This document shows positions 14,224 through 27,848 of a stretch of DNA of 60,000 nt, piece by piece. Position numbers and translations under genes: made by a program. The notes under the pieces are model-generated. The model saw only the letters and a list, made by a program, of their open reading frames with translations. It was not told the DNA's origin and did no database searches. Position 1 is the stretch's first letter, and every line of letters begins with the position of its first letter. The stretch is taken from contig NC_087250.1 of assembly GCF_037042905.1 (NCBI RefSeq), forward strand, positions 14,510,001 through 14,570,000, in the 5' to 3' direction. Origin of the DNA: Lytechinus pictus (taxonomy: Eukaryota).

Positions 14224-15659
14224 ACTTATATGTTACGTCAATTTGATACCCATGGACTAGACTAGTTGATTACTAGCTGGGTGCGACGGCTTCTCAGATG
14301 CCTTCTAACTCTCATCGTGATTGGTTCATGTGTTTGGAACTGTATGCGCAGAATTAGCGCTTTCCGCTTGCCTGTGGGTTTCGCGCAGACGCACTATAAG
14401 AGTCTTCATTGGTATCCTTTTGACAGTATTTGAAGTCTGTTTAATTTTCCTTTGCTTCTTCCTGGTACTTTAAACTGTATGATATCAATAACGTGTGTTT
14501 AAATGGTAACTGGAAAATACTCAGAAGTTTCGTTAAGTTTAATGTAAATGAAATGATGTACATTAAAAAAATAAGACTATTTTACGAGGAGCCGACCCAA
14601 TCTTTGCAAGCTTTCATATGGATTGCATAATGGACCTATATGTCTGTCGGTTTTTTTTATGTCATAGATTGCGGTATTTCAATATTACGTTTGTAAATTG
14701 GTCATTCCATCATCTTGCTATTAAAATGTAAATTATCAAGAACATAAAATATGCGATTAGGGGCGATGTCAGGGTATTTTCATAAGGGGAAGATTTTTTA
14801 CAATTGATGTAAAAAAAAAAGATGGAAGGAAGAAAAGAAAAGAGGTAAGACAGTGATGGATGAAAAAGAAAAGGGCTGGATTATACAAAACTATAGGCTA
14901 TACATGTACCTCTATTTTTCATTTGAGAAAAATGACGTCTCCACAAGGTTAAAGCTTAATCCTCGCCCTTGATTCCTCCTCAAAATAAGCTGGTGCCAAC
15001 CCTGGTTGTAATAATCTTTTGTTTCCATTTCAAGAATGTTAAATTCAAATTTAAGATATCAACTTATCGAATCAAATGAGAATTTCCAGCTCACTGTCTT
15101 TCGTTTCTGAGTGTGTCTCAAAGTGACAAAAATTCCATGATCACTATGCAAATGTGATTAGATTTAGAAGAACAAAAGTTAGAAGCTTAAGAGTATGTTG
15201 TAATATAAATTAACTTTTTTTTCTTTCTGTTTATAATTATAACACATACAAATTTTGATTATTTTTGAGCGAGTTCCAGCTCGATTGTTTATTTGTTGTT
15301 TCTATGTATCGTTTTCTGAAGAAGTAGATTTTAAGATATTCTCCCATTAATTCATCTAAGGTCAAAGTTTATACACTTTTGTTTGTCATTACGATTATTA
15401 TTGTTTTATATTACATGATTATTAGTAAGTTCTAAGTCTGAAGTTATTGGAAGTATTTTACCATCATTGATTAGAACTTCGACTTGGTGGAATAGCTACA
15501 ATTGTATAGCAGAGAAGAAATAGTTTCTATACGAGTTGACAAATTCAAAATGGAATGAAATCTATGTGGGGAAAAAGTACATCTTCTGCTGTAGTGTTCA
15601 GGTCATGTTTTAAAATGCTCCCTATCTGATGTCACACCAAGTTGTTTTAATAACTCCAT

Positions 15660-15895
15660 GAAATTGTAAATAAGTGTAGTACACTTAATATTTGAACAAA
15701 CCAATATTGTAAATAAGTGTACATGAATATTTGAAGAAACCAATATTGTAAATAATGAGTGTACATTAATATTTGAACAAACCAATATTGTTAATAAGTG
15801 TACATTAATATTTGAACAAACGAATATTGTAAATAAGTGTACATTAATATTTGAACAAACCAATATTGTAAATAAGTGTATATTGATATGTAAAT
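15660..15895. repeat. Minisatellite, ~39-bp unit, about 6 copies
   Basis: AATATTTGAACAAACCAATATTGTAAATAAGTGTACATT repeated head-to-tail. Confidence 0.9.
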
Positions 15896-16601
15896 AATAG
15901 GCCTTAATAATATTTCATTATCGTACAAAGATTGAGAAAAAATGAAAAGGAATGTTCGTTCATAACATCGTATTATAAAACCTTCAATTTGACTTGCAAT
16001 TGCAAAAAAAGAAAAGGATAAAGCTGTCGTAGTGTATATCGCACAATTGAAATACCTTACATTTCATGACGAGATTTTTATGAAAGTAAAGTATTGTTTT
16101 AACTTTATGACATACTTACTGGAATTTATAACATAGCTCTTAAACAAAACAAGAATATGTATAGCGCAATTTAATTGTAAATGTTAATTGCAACATAAAG
16201 ACAATTGAAAAGGATCTATTTTAGAGTATTGTGAAATCTTTGACAAGCTAGCTAATATAAATGAATTCAAATGTGAAGTTTGACAATGTCTGCAATATGA
16301 AAAGAATTTGAAAATAATATATATTTAGATTGTGAAATCTTTGAAAAGCTGGATAATATAATTGAATTCAAATGTGAACTTTGACAATGTCTTTGACTTC
16401 TAATTTTATTTTTTGACTAAACACGAGAGATAAATGTTTACGATTTAAGAGATTAGTTCTAAATGGTACTTGATTTATTTTCAAGTTAAATGAGTACCTG
16501 GCTGGGTAATTTACTTCTAGTGCCATTAAACAAAGACAACTATTATGGCAACTACCATGCAAACTAGCCATTATTCTGATAAACTGGTGACACCTGTCAC
16601 A

Positions 16602-17455
16602 TTGGGTGATTTCAAGTCCGGTGTTGGCCTTGGTGTTGGTGTTGGAAGCACAATTCCCCTAGCTCCAAAACCTATTCTGGGTTGGTAAAACTGAGCCAGG
16701 TCACATTATTGACACCTCAACAACTAGTGAGTGACTTTTCGGGACCATCTTCATTTTATGTTTGGTGTTATAATGGTGTAAAAAATTATCTAACACCAAC
16801 ACCAAAAGGTCAACACTGAACTTGAAATCACACATTGGAGTTGTCATAAAGGCAAAGTTATAACAGTTGTAACAAACTAAATATGAAATGTGCCCTGGAG
16901 CGTCAGAAGTGGCATATTGAGTGATTTCAAGTCCGGTGTTGGCCTTGGTGTTGGTGTTGAAACTTGGATTGCTTCCCCTAGCTCCAAAAGTTATTCCGAG
17001 TTTGTAAAACTGATCCAGATCACATTATTGACATCTCAACAACTAGTCAGTGACCTTTCAAGACCATCTTCATTTTATGTTTGGTGTTATGCTCGTGTAA
17101 AAATTGATCTAACACCAACACCAAAAGGTCAACAATGAACTTGAAATCACCCATTGGAGTTGTCATAAAGGCAAAGTTATAACAGTTGTAACTAACTAAA
17201 TATGGAATGGGCCCTGGAGCGCCAGAAGTGGCATATTGGGTGAGTTCAAGTCCGGTGTTGAAATTTGGATTGTTCCCCCTAGCTCCAAAACTTATTCAGA
17301 GTTTGTAAAACTGATCCAGATCACATTATTGACATCTCAACAACTAGTGAGTGACTTTTCGGGACCATCTTCATTTTATGTTTGGTGTTATAATCGTGTA
17401 AAAATTGATCTAACACCAACACCAAAAGGTCAACACTGAACTTGAAATCACCCAT
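16602..17455. repeat. Tandem triplication of a ~230-bp MITE plus ~85-bp spacer
   Basis: Three copies bounded by TGGGTGATTTCAAGT...ACTTGAAATCACCCA with the same spacer between them. Confidence 0.85.
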
Positions 17456-20249
17456 TCACACAAAATTCCTCTCACTTTCACTATATTCAATTCAAAGGCA
17501 GGACATAAAACAAAGCAGCAAATCATTTTTAGAAAGTAACCTCTCTTTACAGTTTATTTATTTCTACAGATTTACTCAAAATGGGCATTCAAACAGAACA
17601 TTTTTCCCCTTAACTTTCAAAACATAATCCGCATACAACTAGGCACACATTCAAGAATACATATCTCCTCCCGTCAAACGTAAGTGCAATCATATGTCAT
17701 AATAATTTTTCTCTCCTTAAAAAATATTAAAACAGTAAAATATTGGAGTCCCATTTTGATATGAGCCCTTATGCTCTCTTGTTATTATCAAGAAAATATT
17801 AAGCTTGGTACATTTAAAAATAATAGCATTCAAATTTCTCAAGGAATTGTAAAATCTAAGGCAAGTATTCTGAAGTCGGGTTTAACTTAGACCATGGTCT
17901 AACACTTTGCTGAAATTATGGGAAGCCAAACACGTCAAAATTTTGTTTACAGTGAATGCTTCTTATGTCAACAGTGCTCTTTCCTAATTCCTTTATGGTG
18001 AAGACATCTATATTATTCATCCTTCCTTCCTAGACAGTTAAGACTGATCTGAGAGTAAAGCGGGCTGATAAACTGAACCTCCAGTGTTATAGATTTATGT
18101 CACGACTGGCTATCCATAGTTAAATCACAACTTTAGACCAGAGATAACATTAAAACCGACTTCAGAATACAAGCTGTTGGGCATATGAAACACAGACCAC
18201 AGCTGTTCTCTTCATTTGGCATATAATATTTAAGCAACAGAAGATAATGATCTAAATACTCTTTTTTTTACAATAGTCTTTAAAAACATCTTGAGAATGC
18301 CTCACATTATGCATTCTATGCCCATCCTATTTTGATTACATTACAATAGAGCTTTCCATGGGGAGCTCTGTATCTTTGACGAAACTTCAACAAAACCCTC
18401 TAATATTTGGTAAAAACTGGTGATTTGCACATACGTGAGACAGCTGCTGAAATCCTTACCTGCATCCACTCGTTCTCGCGGAGCACTGCGTCAGTCCTTT
18501 TGCTCTGAGCCAATCAGATGCAAGGATTTCAGTAGCTTGTAACAGTTGCCAGTGAAAATCATTTATTATGCTTAGATGTCATGCTCCTTCGACTGATCAC
18601 CAAAATGGAAAGGCAGTGAATTGTATATTGTGAGACGGTCTTTAGATAGGCATTGCAGAATAATCCCCAATAAACAGAAATATGCATTATTGAAAAATCC
18701 ATAAAAATATCCAGAATTAAAGGAAAATGAAACCCTTGGAACTAATAAGCTTCTATAGACACAGAAAAATCAAAGAATAAGATCAATGAAATGAAATGAA
18801 CGAGCATTTGAACGATGAAATCACAAATGCAAAAGAGATCCTCTCATTGGAAATGCTAACAATCATTTTTATGGTGTCCCACAACCAGAACATTCCATTT
18901 TGTACACTGGGGCCCATATGCTGAAGTCGGGTTTAATTTACACTCTGGTTTTAAGTTGTGGTTTAACTATGGAAAGCCAGTTGTTACATAAATCTATAAC
19001 AGTAGAGGTTCTATGTATCAGCTCATTTGACTCCCAAAACATTATTAACTGCCTGGAAAGGATAAGTATGACAGTTGTCTTCACCATTAAAGAATTAGTA
19101 AAGAGCACAGTAAACATGAGAAACATTCACTCTAAACAAATTTTTGAACAGTTTGGCTTCCCATAATTTTAGCAGAGTTAGACCATGGTCTAAGTTAAAC
19201 CCAACTTCAGAATACGGGACTATAAGTATAACCCAGAACAGTAAAAACTATTTATCCAGGATATATTTCATGAAAACTCTATAACATGAATAGACGTGAT
19301 AAAAGTAACAATTCAATTAGAATTTGAAGAACAGTAATGGGGCGTTGTATATATATTGCCAATGGGAGGATGTCCATGTCATATCAATAGTGTTTTAAAC
19401 ATTCAAAGGCTCATAATTTTCTTAATATTAGTTGATTTTTCTCAAATTTTCATTGATTTGTTTCTTTGATTTGTCTGTTTTCACACAAGCTAACTTGTTC
19501 CAAGAGTTATATTCTCCTTTATTAAGGTAACAATAAAGGTGAGATTTAAAATCAATATATAGGTTGGGCCTTACAAAATAAACAAACTTGAAAAATCCAA
19601 AGAGCAGAATATCTTCCTCAAGAGAGTGATAAAAATGTCTCACAATGTTAATTCTACATCAAAATAAACATGTAAAATTTTATACAGAGAAAAAAAATGT
19701 TACTACAAAATGACGAAAAGAATGAGAAAACAGTTATTGCATTTTTATATACATATATCATCTTTCTTAAGAAATTTTATATTTGAGATTTCCCATTAGA
19801 CAATAGACATTCTAAAAAATCCAAGTAAGTTTATTACAAATAAATTAATGTTAAATATCTACTGTTAATATTATTTTTTATTATTATTATATTCTAGACT
19901 GTACTTCCAACTGAGTAAACAGACAAACTGTTAAATATACAAATACAGCTACTACAAAAAGGAAATATATTCTACTTTATAAAACACAAAGTGGATCTTG
20001 ATGATATGATTGGTTGCAGGCACGCATGTGACTGATCATTTATATGGCCTAACATGGACCAGACATGGTCTTGAGAGGAAGATGGTTTAAGAAAAACAAG
20101 GATAATACATATTTGGCTGTCTGTATCAGTCCGAATTGTGAAAACTGTTCCAAAGGATTTGTATTAAGTGTATATTCTATATCCTCCGACCCAATCTCAA
20201 ACAGAGAGAACAAGAAAATAGTAAATCAAACGGCATGTATCAAAATTCC

Positions 20250-21066
20250 TGGGGTGGTATTCTGAAAATGTTCTTATAATTGTTCTTACATTATATCTTA
20301 TGGCTCGTATTCTGAACTCTGGTTGAAATTAAACCCTAGTTTAAAGTTGTGGTTTAACTATGGAGAGCCAATTGGAGCACAAATCCCTAATATTACACAT
20401 TCAAATTATTAACTCATGTGACACCCAAATTGTTCATAATTGTCTGGGAATGATAACTGAAGTATTTTTCTTCATTATGAAAGCAAAAGGAAACAAAATA
20501 GTAGACATAAGAAATATACAATATAAACATAATTTTTGAACTTTTGGCTTCAAATAATTTAAGCACAGAGTTAGACCGTGGTCTAAGTTAAACCTGACTT
20601 CAGAATACTGACCTACAATGGATGTCTTTGAGATGGGATGATGGTAAAATTATTGCAAATCAGTATTCTGAAAATCCTCTTAACACGTTCTCATCTCTGT
20701 AAGGACCGTCTGCCCCTTTCTCACCTTGAACATACCCATTTTTTTTATAGATATTACCAATCAAAATACACGTTATATTGGCAGTTTAACCAATAAAAGC
20801 TTTCCAGATTATGAGAACTGCGGGTATTCTAATTACTGGCATAATTACATAATTGTGCAAAATTCAGAATACCACATGCACATTAAGCGCATGTTGGTCT
20901 TATATGGATAAATTAAAAATTTACTTATTTGGCATAGCTTGTTAAGAGAGAAAAGATAGGAAAAGGATAAAGAAAAGGATGATAATGTTTTCAAAATACC
21001 AATTTGAGATTGTGACGTAGAAAAGCACAAATATGAGATAAGAACATTTTTTCAGAATACCGCCCC
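20250..21066. mobile_element. MITE (TIR GGGG.GGTATTCTGAAAA..TGTTCTTA) hosting a family A copy at 20302-20612
   Basis: Inverted ends GGGGTGGTATTCTGAAAA / TTTTCAGAATACCGCCCC. Confidence 0.7.
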
Positions 21067-21382
21067 TAGCGTATGAACTATCTTCTTAACACTAGTAATA
21101 CTAACATTCTGAGTGAAATAGAAAATGAAAAATAAACGAACCTTGCTCCTTCACAAAACTTTATTGAATTTCCCGAAACCGTTGTATTAGAAATAAGATA
21201 TGATCTACATTGTTATATTACTGGGGAGCGTTTCATTAACATTTTTGTCTGACAAGTTGTCAAATTTGACAATTTTCCCTGATTTTGGTTGGCTGAGAAG
21301 CATAGTTCCTATATTAACTGTAGGATAGAATATAATTTGTCATATAAATTATCCAACAAGTCCTTTCATTAAACATTCACCA

Positions 21383-21651
21383 GGGCCCTGTCTTACAAAG
21401 AGTTACGATTGATCCAATCAATCTAAAGTATATCAAAATCCATCACTATCATAATTTTTCTTCGGTACATTTGCACAATGTCCTTCGAAAACAAAGAGAA
21501 GCACAGTGAATTTTAAAGAAAACAATTAATGCATGAATATACATCATAGCTAGAAAATACTTTGAACAAACATGCATAATACGTTGACGTTGCTGGCCGT
21601 CCATAGTTGATATTGATCGGATCAATCGTAACTCTTTGTAAGACGGGGCCC
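21383..21651. mobile_element. MITE (TIR GGGCCC.GTCTTACAAAGAGTTACGATTGATCC)
   Basis: About 33-bp inverted ends. Second copy at 34361-34627. Confidence 0.8.
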
Positions 21652-22607
21652 AGATATCCCTTATGGACCATATATTATGCATGTCTGAACTCTGTTCATG
21701 ATATAACAATAAGCTGCAACCCAAAAAACAGTTTTAATGTATCAAATATAGCAACAACAAAAACACACACACACAAAAAGAATACTATAAAATTAATGCA
21801 GAAACCTGCTCTAAACAATAGGGGTAAGAAAATTTATTGGATGAAAATTTGTACATAAAGATTGGATTATTTTTCCTTAAAAGAGATGAATATTGCATTT
21901 TTATAGAATAGAATTTTAAGGTTGCATTACTCCTTTTATTGTGACTGTTTTGCTTCAATTTTCAACGTTAGACTGGTTCATAGGGATTCATATGAAAGAG
22001 GGACACCCCTGTCACATGTGAATTAAATTACATATCTGAAAGGGACCTTAGTCACTACAGGAATAAGATATAGACATATGCATGGATGACATGGGTCTGT
22101 TCACATCCACTCAAACACTGGATTTGAAAAACACAGAAACCCTAATTACAGCGTCATAAAAGGTATAAAATCTTCAAGAAAAAGTTACAAAAATATCTCT
22201 TCTCTATGTTATATTGAAATATCTTATGTTCACAGTTTCACAAGAAAGTCACCTCAAAATCAAGATGAGGAAAAGAAAAATCCTTATTCACATTAAAAAT
22301 TGTAATATCCTTGATTCTATGTCTAGTTTTTCATCAAATCCGCAATAATTAACCACAAACTGGATCACGAAATGAGAAAAGAAAGCAATATTATTTACAT
22401 CTGATATAAGGTGTACATTCAGGATTTCTTTGTACAAAATGACAATCACCACAATTGGTTCTGTTCACATATTGCAGAAGGGCATGCTTCCTCCAGTACA
22501 TAGGATAAACACGAGACAAAGCATTCTATTTCAAATTTGTGCAAATGTACATTAATCATCTTGGATGAGTTCCATGCAAAATGAATGCTCTGTTCAGATA
22601 AGATTCC

Positions 22608-22938
22608 AGGGGTGTTTCACAAACAACTAAATGTGACTAATGGCATGTTGCAAGAAAATATTTGCAATCAATTGTAAATATTCTGTTGCAACTCTACAAG
22701 TGGTAAACCAAGTTTAACTGTAGCAAATCAGATTACACTCCTTGTTTCAAGGAGCAGATTGGCAATCAACCAGAAATGTATAATTAATTGCAAGAGATAC
22801 GATTGATTTAGGGAACCAAAATAGACTTGCAATTGATCACAAGTTTCTTGCAATATCCTGTTAGAGGATTTGACCAATGCAGTGATCTGCCTTCTGTGCC
22901 GTCTAAGTCACACTTAAATCTTTGTGAAAAACCCACCT
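22608..22938. mobile_element. MITE (TIR GGGGTGTTTCACAAA) with a nested MITE at about 22641-22858
   Basis: Ends match the uninterrupted relative at 42230-42445. Confidence 0.6.
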
Positions 22939-23394
22939 GAAATACAATGTTGGCTTCATATTCATAAAATGAATTAAGAAAGTCAAATCTTTCTTGCATT
23001 TGGTCCATATGAATCATGTACATGAGGCCACAACCTACATGTAAGTTGTTGCTTAAAGCCTTGTTTTGAGAATGAACTTGATTTCCCATTAAAGAAAAAC
23101 TTTTAAGAGAAAAGTTTGCTGTTTTTATTATCCTTAATACTAGCAGTCTCACATGGAAGATGAAAAGTGTACTGAAACACTTGACACCGCTTGCAGTTTG
23201 TGGCGCCTGAATAATAGGTGTTTAACTTGGGCTAAGAATCATAACACACTCTTAATTGGCAATGTGAATAAAACAAAAAAAATCACCATTTCAAAATCCA
23301 ATAAGGCAACTTTTCAGAAGAATCGTTCTTTTATCATTAAATTTGACTCATCGCTGCGCTATATCCATTTTAAAATTTTGGGAAAATGTGGAAA

Positions 23395-23800
23395 ATAGAA
23401 AATTAATGATTGTTGCTGATTTGGTGAGCAAAGCAAGATTAATTTTTAGCATATGACAGCTGTGTACCTCATGGGTTCTATTCATATGAACATATGAATA
23501 GAAAATTAATTATTGTTGCTGATTTATGGATCAGAACAAGATTGATTTTGAGCTTATGAAAGCTGCTTACCTTATGGGATCTATTCATATAATCATATGG
23601 ATATGAATAGAAAATCAATAATGGTTGCCAATTTAAGGAGTATAACAAGATTTGTTTTGTTTACTTATGAAAATCTTTGTACCTCACGGGTTCTATTTAC
23701 ATGAACATATGAATATGAATAAAAAATTAATAATTGTTGCTGATTTAAGGATAAAAATAAGATTTATTTTGAGCTTATGAAAGCTGTTTATACCTTCATG
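23395..23800. repeat. Degenerate tandem repeat, ~105-110-bp unit, about 4 copies
   Basis: ATAGAAAATTAAT.ATTGTTGCTGATTT...GGGTTCTATTCATATGAACATATGA recurs. Confidence 0.8.
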
Positions 23801-25339
23801 GGTTAAAGGGATAAATCAACATTGTTGAATGTAGAACAAAAATATTTTGACAGAACAAGATACTACTAACCTTGCTATTCAATATCTGAATTTGTAGACA
23901 TAATGGACATCAATAAATATATAAAAAGGCGAGACGTAATAGACGTCATTAATAATATAAAAAAGAAACATAAATTAAGTGAGATTTTCCATACACCGTG
24001 CCAGAGGAAATCTAACAAGCAAACATGGTTAGACCCCCCCCCCCCCCAATTATGGTCAACATCGTTGTGATTTTCTTTCTTGCCATATTAGACGGAGATA
24101 TTGAAGGTCACCATGAAATATCAGTAAACATGTAAATAAGAGAAATGATTAAAAAATCTGTGCGCAGAAATGAAATGTTGGCAGTTTTGTAGGGTATACT
24201 TTTACTGTATGTTTTTTAAGTTGAGCTAAATATCTACATATGCAGCAAAGAAACATTTTCAGGCTTATTTTCCATGCATTAGTTTATATCAGGAGAAACA
24301 GTAAGAAATGTCTAGAAATCGCATGTACTACAATTTGTATTTCTTGAATTTAGAATTAATACAAGTTTTTATCCCTTTTGTTTTATGAATTAAACAGTGT
24401 ACGAACAGCACTACTCAAATTCAAAGTGAAAAGTAGCAAAAGATGAAAGTTAAATAAATAAGTGTAGCTTCCAATCAAACCCAGAACACAAATAAGTAAA
24501 TAATTAGTAAAAATAATTTTTTTTTAATCTAAATATAGCTGATATAGGACAAAAAAATATCACATTTGTAATGAAAGGGTCCATGTCAGAAATTTTACAA
24601 TACAAAAGTAAATTTATTGTAAAACCAAAGGTTTCGCAAATATAAATATGGTTATCACCATAGCAATATTGTTTTACTTCTAATACAATGACAAGAGATA
24701 AAAAAAGAGCATGCATTAAAAGTAAAAGATTTGTATACTATGCTTATATATATCTGCAAAAAACATGATAAAAGATATAATACATCTTAATCTCATATAC
24801 AATTAATTGGCTTTCCTTGTGTCAAAAGTCACTGAATACATATCAATATTATCCTTTTTTTTCAAATCAATGTACCTCATTATTTTTATTTCAACTACAG
24901 TAATTTTGTGCATACTAATCATTCCTAAACTTGCAATAACCTACAATTACTAATTAAACCAGAGTAGGGAGAGCAAGTTCCTTATGTGTTCAGGGGTCCG
25001 TTGCAGAAAGAGTCCCAAATGCCCCCTGTTGATTGGTTGAAAATCAAGTTGCGTGTGATTTTAAGAGTTGCGAGTGATTGCAACTCTTTCTGCAACAGGC
25101 CCCCAGTGCTGATGAGTTAAGTGTTGAAGGCATTTCTATATGTGAAAAAGGCAGCTTTGAGCATTAATTAGCACAATTTCATTATCTTTTTTTTTTATTA
25201 AACTTTAAATTTCTTAGTGCAGTGGGAAATGCTGGGCTGGTTAGGCAATGTCCTTCACAGCTCTTAATTAAAGCTCAGCATTTTTTTTTTGTAGAAAGTC
25301 AATGGGATAGCAGACAAAACAATTTAGTGGGTATAAATA

Positions 25340-25800
25340 GAGACCTATTTTGATAAAACCAGGTGAAACCAATGTGTGAGTGGGGACCCATTATAAGACC
25401 ACATGCAGGACCTCATATGAGACCATACTTGGGACCTACATGTATGATGGAATTATAATATGTGGGGGCCAATTAATAAATCATGTGTGGGACTCAGTAT
25501 GAAACCATGTGTGTGACCTTATATGAAACCCTATGTGGATTTGTGGGCCCTATTATGAACTCATCTGTGGGCCCTATTATAAAACCCAATGTGAGCCCTT
25601 ATATAAAATCATATGTGGGGCCAATCAATAGACCGTATATGAGGCCAATAATGGAGCTATATATGCAGCTACATAGTCTTATTATGCAACCATATGTGGG
25701 ACCCTATTATGAAACCCACATGGGACCCATTATGAAAGCCTATGTAGGCACTATTATGAAATCATATGTGGAACCCATTATGAAACCATATGGGACCATA
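25340..25800. repeat. Degenerate minisatellite, ~24-bp unit
   Basis: Variants of CCATATGTGGGACCCATTATGAAA. Confidence 0.8.
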
Positions 25801-26529
25801 ATTGTATTTCATGTCATCATCTTACAGTAAAAACAACATCTCATATTGAGGAATTCAAAATTCTAAAATGATCGCAAAATTTTCTGAGCAATACTTAAGT
25901 ATATCTACACCATTCTTGCTTGCAAAAAAAGGCTTCCTACACATTTTTGAAGTCCAGATAAGAATTGGGCCATATCATGAAACCATCTGCTTACGATACG
26001 ATATACAAATTTTTTAAGTCACAAATGTTGATCGTTAAGAAAATATTACAAAAGTGGATTCTCAATCGACCTGCTCTTTAGCAAATACAGTCGATACTGC
26101 TTTGGAAATGACCTGTATATTACCAATATACATGTATACCATTGCTCCGAAGTCAGAAAAAAAGAAGAAATATATTCCACTCTTTTTATACGCAAGTTCA
26201 TAAATCCATATTTCTTTTTCATTACATATGTATCTTCATTAAACAGATCTATACATTTTTCTTTCTTTTTACAAGTCCATTTAGCACTCTGTTAACATGT
26301 GGGTCCTGTACAAAGTCAATGTAGTTTAATACAGTTTATTTTACATGTGTAAACAGGTCAAATGTTTTATATGATTTAATGCATGTACTTGCATGGTCCT
26401 ATTCATACAGGCATACGAACACGGTGATAATCGCTACAAGGTACTACGTGTGAACACATCAATGGATTGTAAAGGCTTGTTAAGAAGAGGAGAAAACTTA
26501 TGTGAACGAGCCTATACTAGTCAGTGGAC

Positions 26530-27305
26530 ATGCTTCCCATTTGAATCTATGGACATCTGAGTTGGCAACTGAATTCTTTAATTCCTATAGGGTTTAAACA
26601 GGGACCGCCCTGTTCCAGTTGGCAATGGTTTAACCTGTTGACTACTGAGTTATGTGATTCCTATAGACCCAGCAAAGGGATAACCCAGTACCAAATGGCA
26701 AAAGGTAAATGTTGACAGAGTTCTGTAATTCCCATAGGCTTTGTACAGGGATCACCCGGTTCTAGTAGGCAATGGGTTAACTTGTTGACTAACAAGTTCT
26801 GTGATTCATATAGGTTTTGTACAGGGATCACCTGGTTCCAGTAGGCAATGGGTTAACCTGTTGACTAACAAGTTCTGTGATTCATATAGGTTTTGTACAG
26901 GGATCACCTGGTTCCAGTAGGCAATGGGTTAACCTGTTGACTACTGAGTGCTGTGATTCATATAGGCTTTGTACAGGGATCACCTGGTTCCAGTAAGCAA
27001 TGGGTTAACATGTTGACTAACAAGTTCTGTGATTCCTATAGGCTTTGTACAGAGATCACCTGGTTCTAGTAGGCAATGGGTTAACATGTTGACTAACAAG
27101 TTCTGTGATTCCTATAGGCTTTGTACAGAGATCACCCGGTTCTAGTAGGCAATGGGTTAACATGTTGACTACCGAGTCTGTGATTCCCATAGGCTTTTTA
27201 CAGGGATCACCTGTTTCCGTTCGGCAATAACATATTGACTACCGAGTTCTATAATTTGCAGAGGCTCTGTACAGGGGTCATCCGGTTCCAGGAATTAAAG
27301 GGTTA
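26530..27305. repeat. Minisatellite, 76-bp unit, about 10 copies, immediately 3' of the PLEKHF stop
   Basis: GGTTCCAGTAGGCAATGGGTTAACCTGTTGACT...GTACAGGGATCACC with period 76 (26761, 26837, 26913). Confidence 0.92.
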
Positions 27306-27361
27306 AGGTTTCCATGTTATTGAAATTGGCACTAGAGGAATGGAGTAGCCACTGGGTCACC

Positions 27362-27394
27362 TCATCGATAGTTTTCTTCGTAGAATGTTGGATG
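27362..27394 (-). CDS. PLEKHF2: PLEKHF putative terminal coding exon (HPTFYEENYR*)
   Basis: Strong acceptor TTCTCTCTTTCATTACCTTTCAG|CAT, phase 0 matching exon 8. Gives 801 nt = 266 aa plus stop. From memory, invertebrate Phafins carry a similar PxFY after the acidic tract. Confidence 0.68.
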   Translation of the reverse strand, partial: HPTFYEENYR

Positions 27395-27848
27395 CTGAAA
27401 GGTAATGAAAGAGAGAAATTAGTTCCAGGCAGATCATGCAGTAAACACTGCAAATCATCATCATTATCATTATTGACATCATCATTACAATATTCATTAT
27501 CACCATCAGTGCTTGCGGAGAGTCCCCAGTTTTCTACAATATGGATAGATAAATGAAAAAATCATACAATCATAGGCCCGTATTCTGAAGTCGGGTTTAA
27601 CTTAAACTCCGGTTTAAAGTTGTGGTTTAAGTATGGATAGCCTATTGTTACATAAATCACTAACAGTAGAGATATCATATTTCAGCTCACTTGGCTCTCA
27701 AATCATTCATGATTGTCTAGGAAGTATAAATAGATGATTGTCTTCACCATCGATGAATCAGGAAAGAGCACAGTCAACACAAGAAACATACAACTTAATA
27801 AAAATGTTGATACTTTTGGCTTCCCATACTTAAACTACAACTTTAAAC

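Noticed and set aside
25483..25830. 115-aa repetitive ORF (YVGPIMK...)
   Set aside because: It is a by-product of a ~24-bp minisatellite and has no splice or homology support.
26530..27305. CRISPR-like periodicity (also 15660-15895 and 37370-38180)
   Set aside because: Whole units repeat with no unique spacers, there are no cas genes, and the context is eukaryotic.
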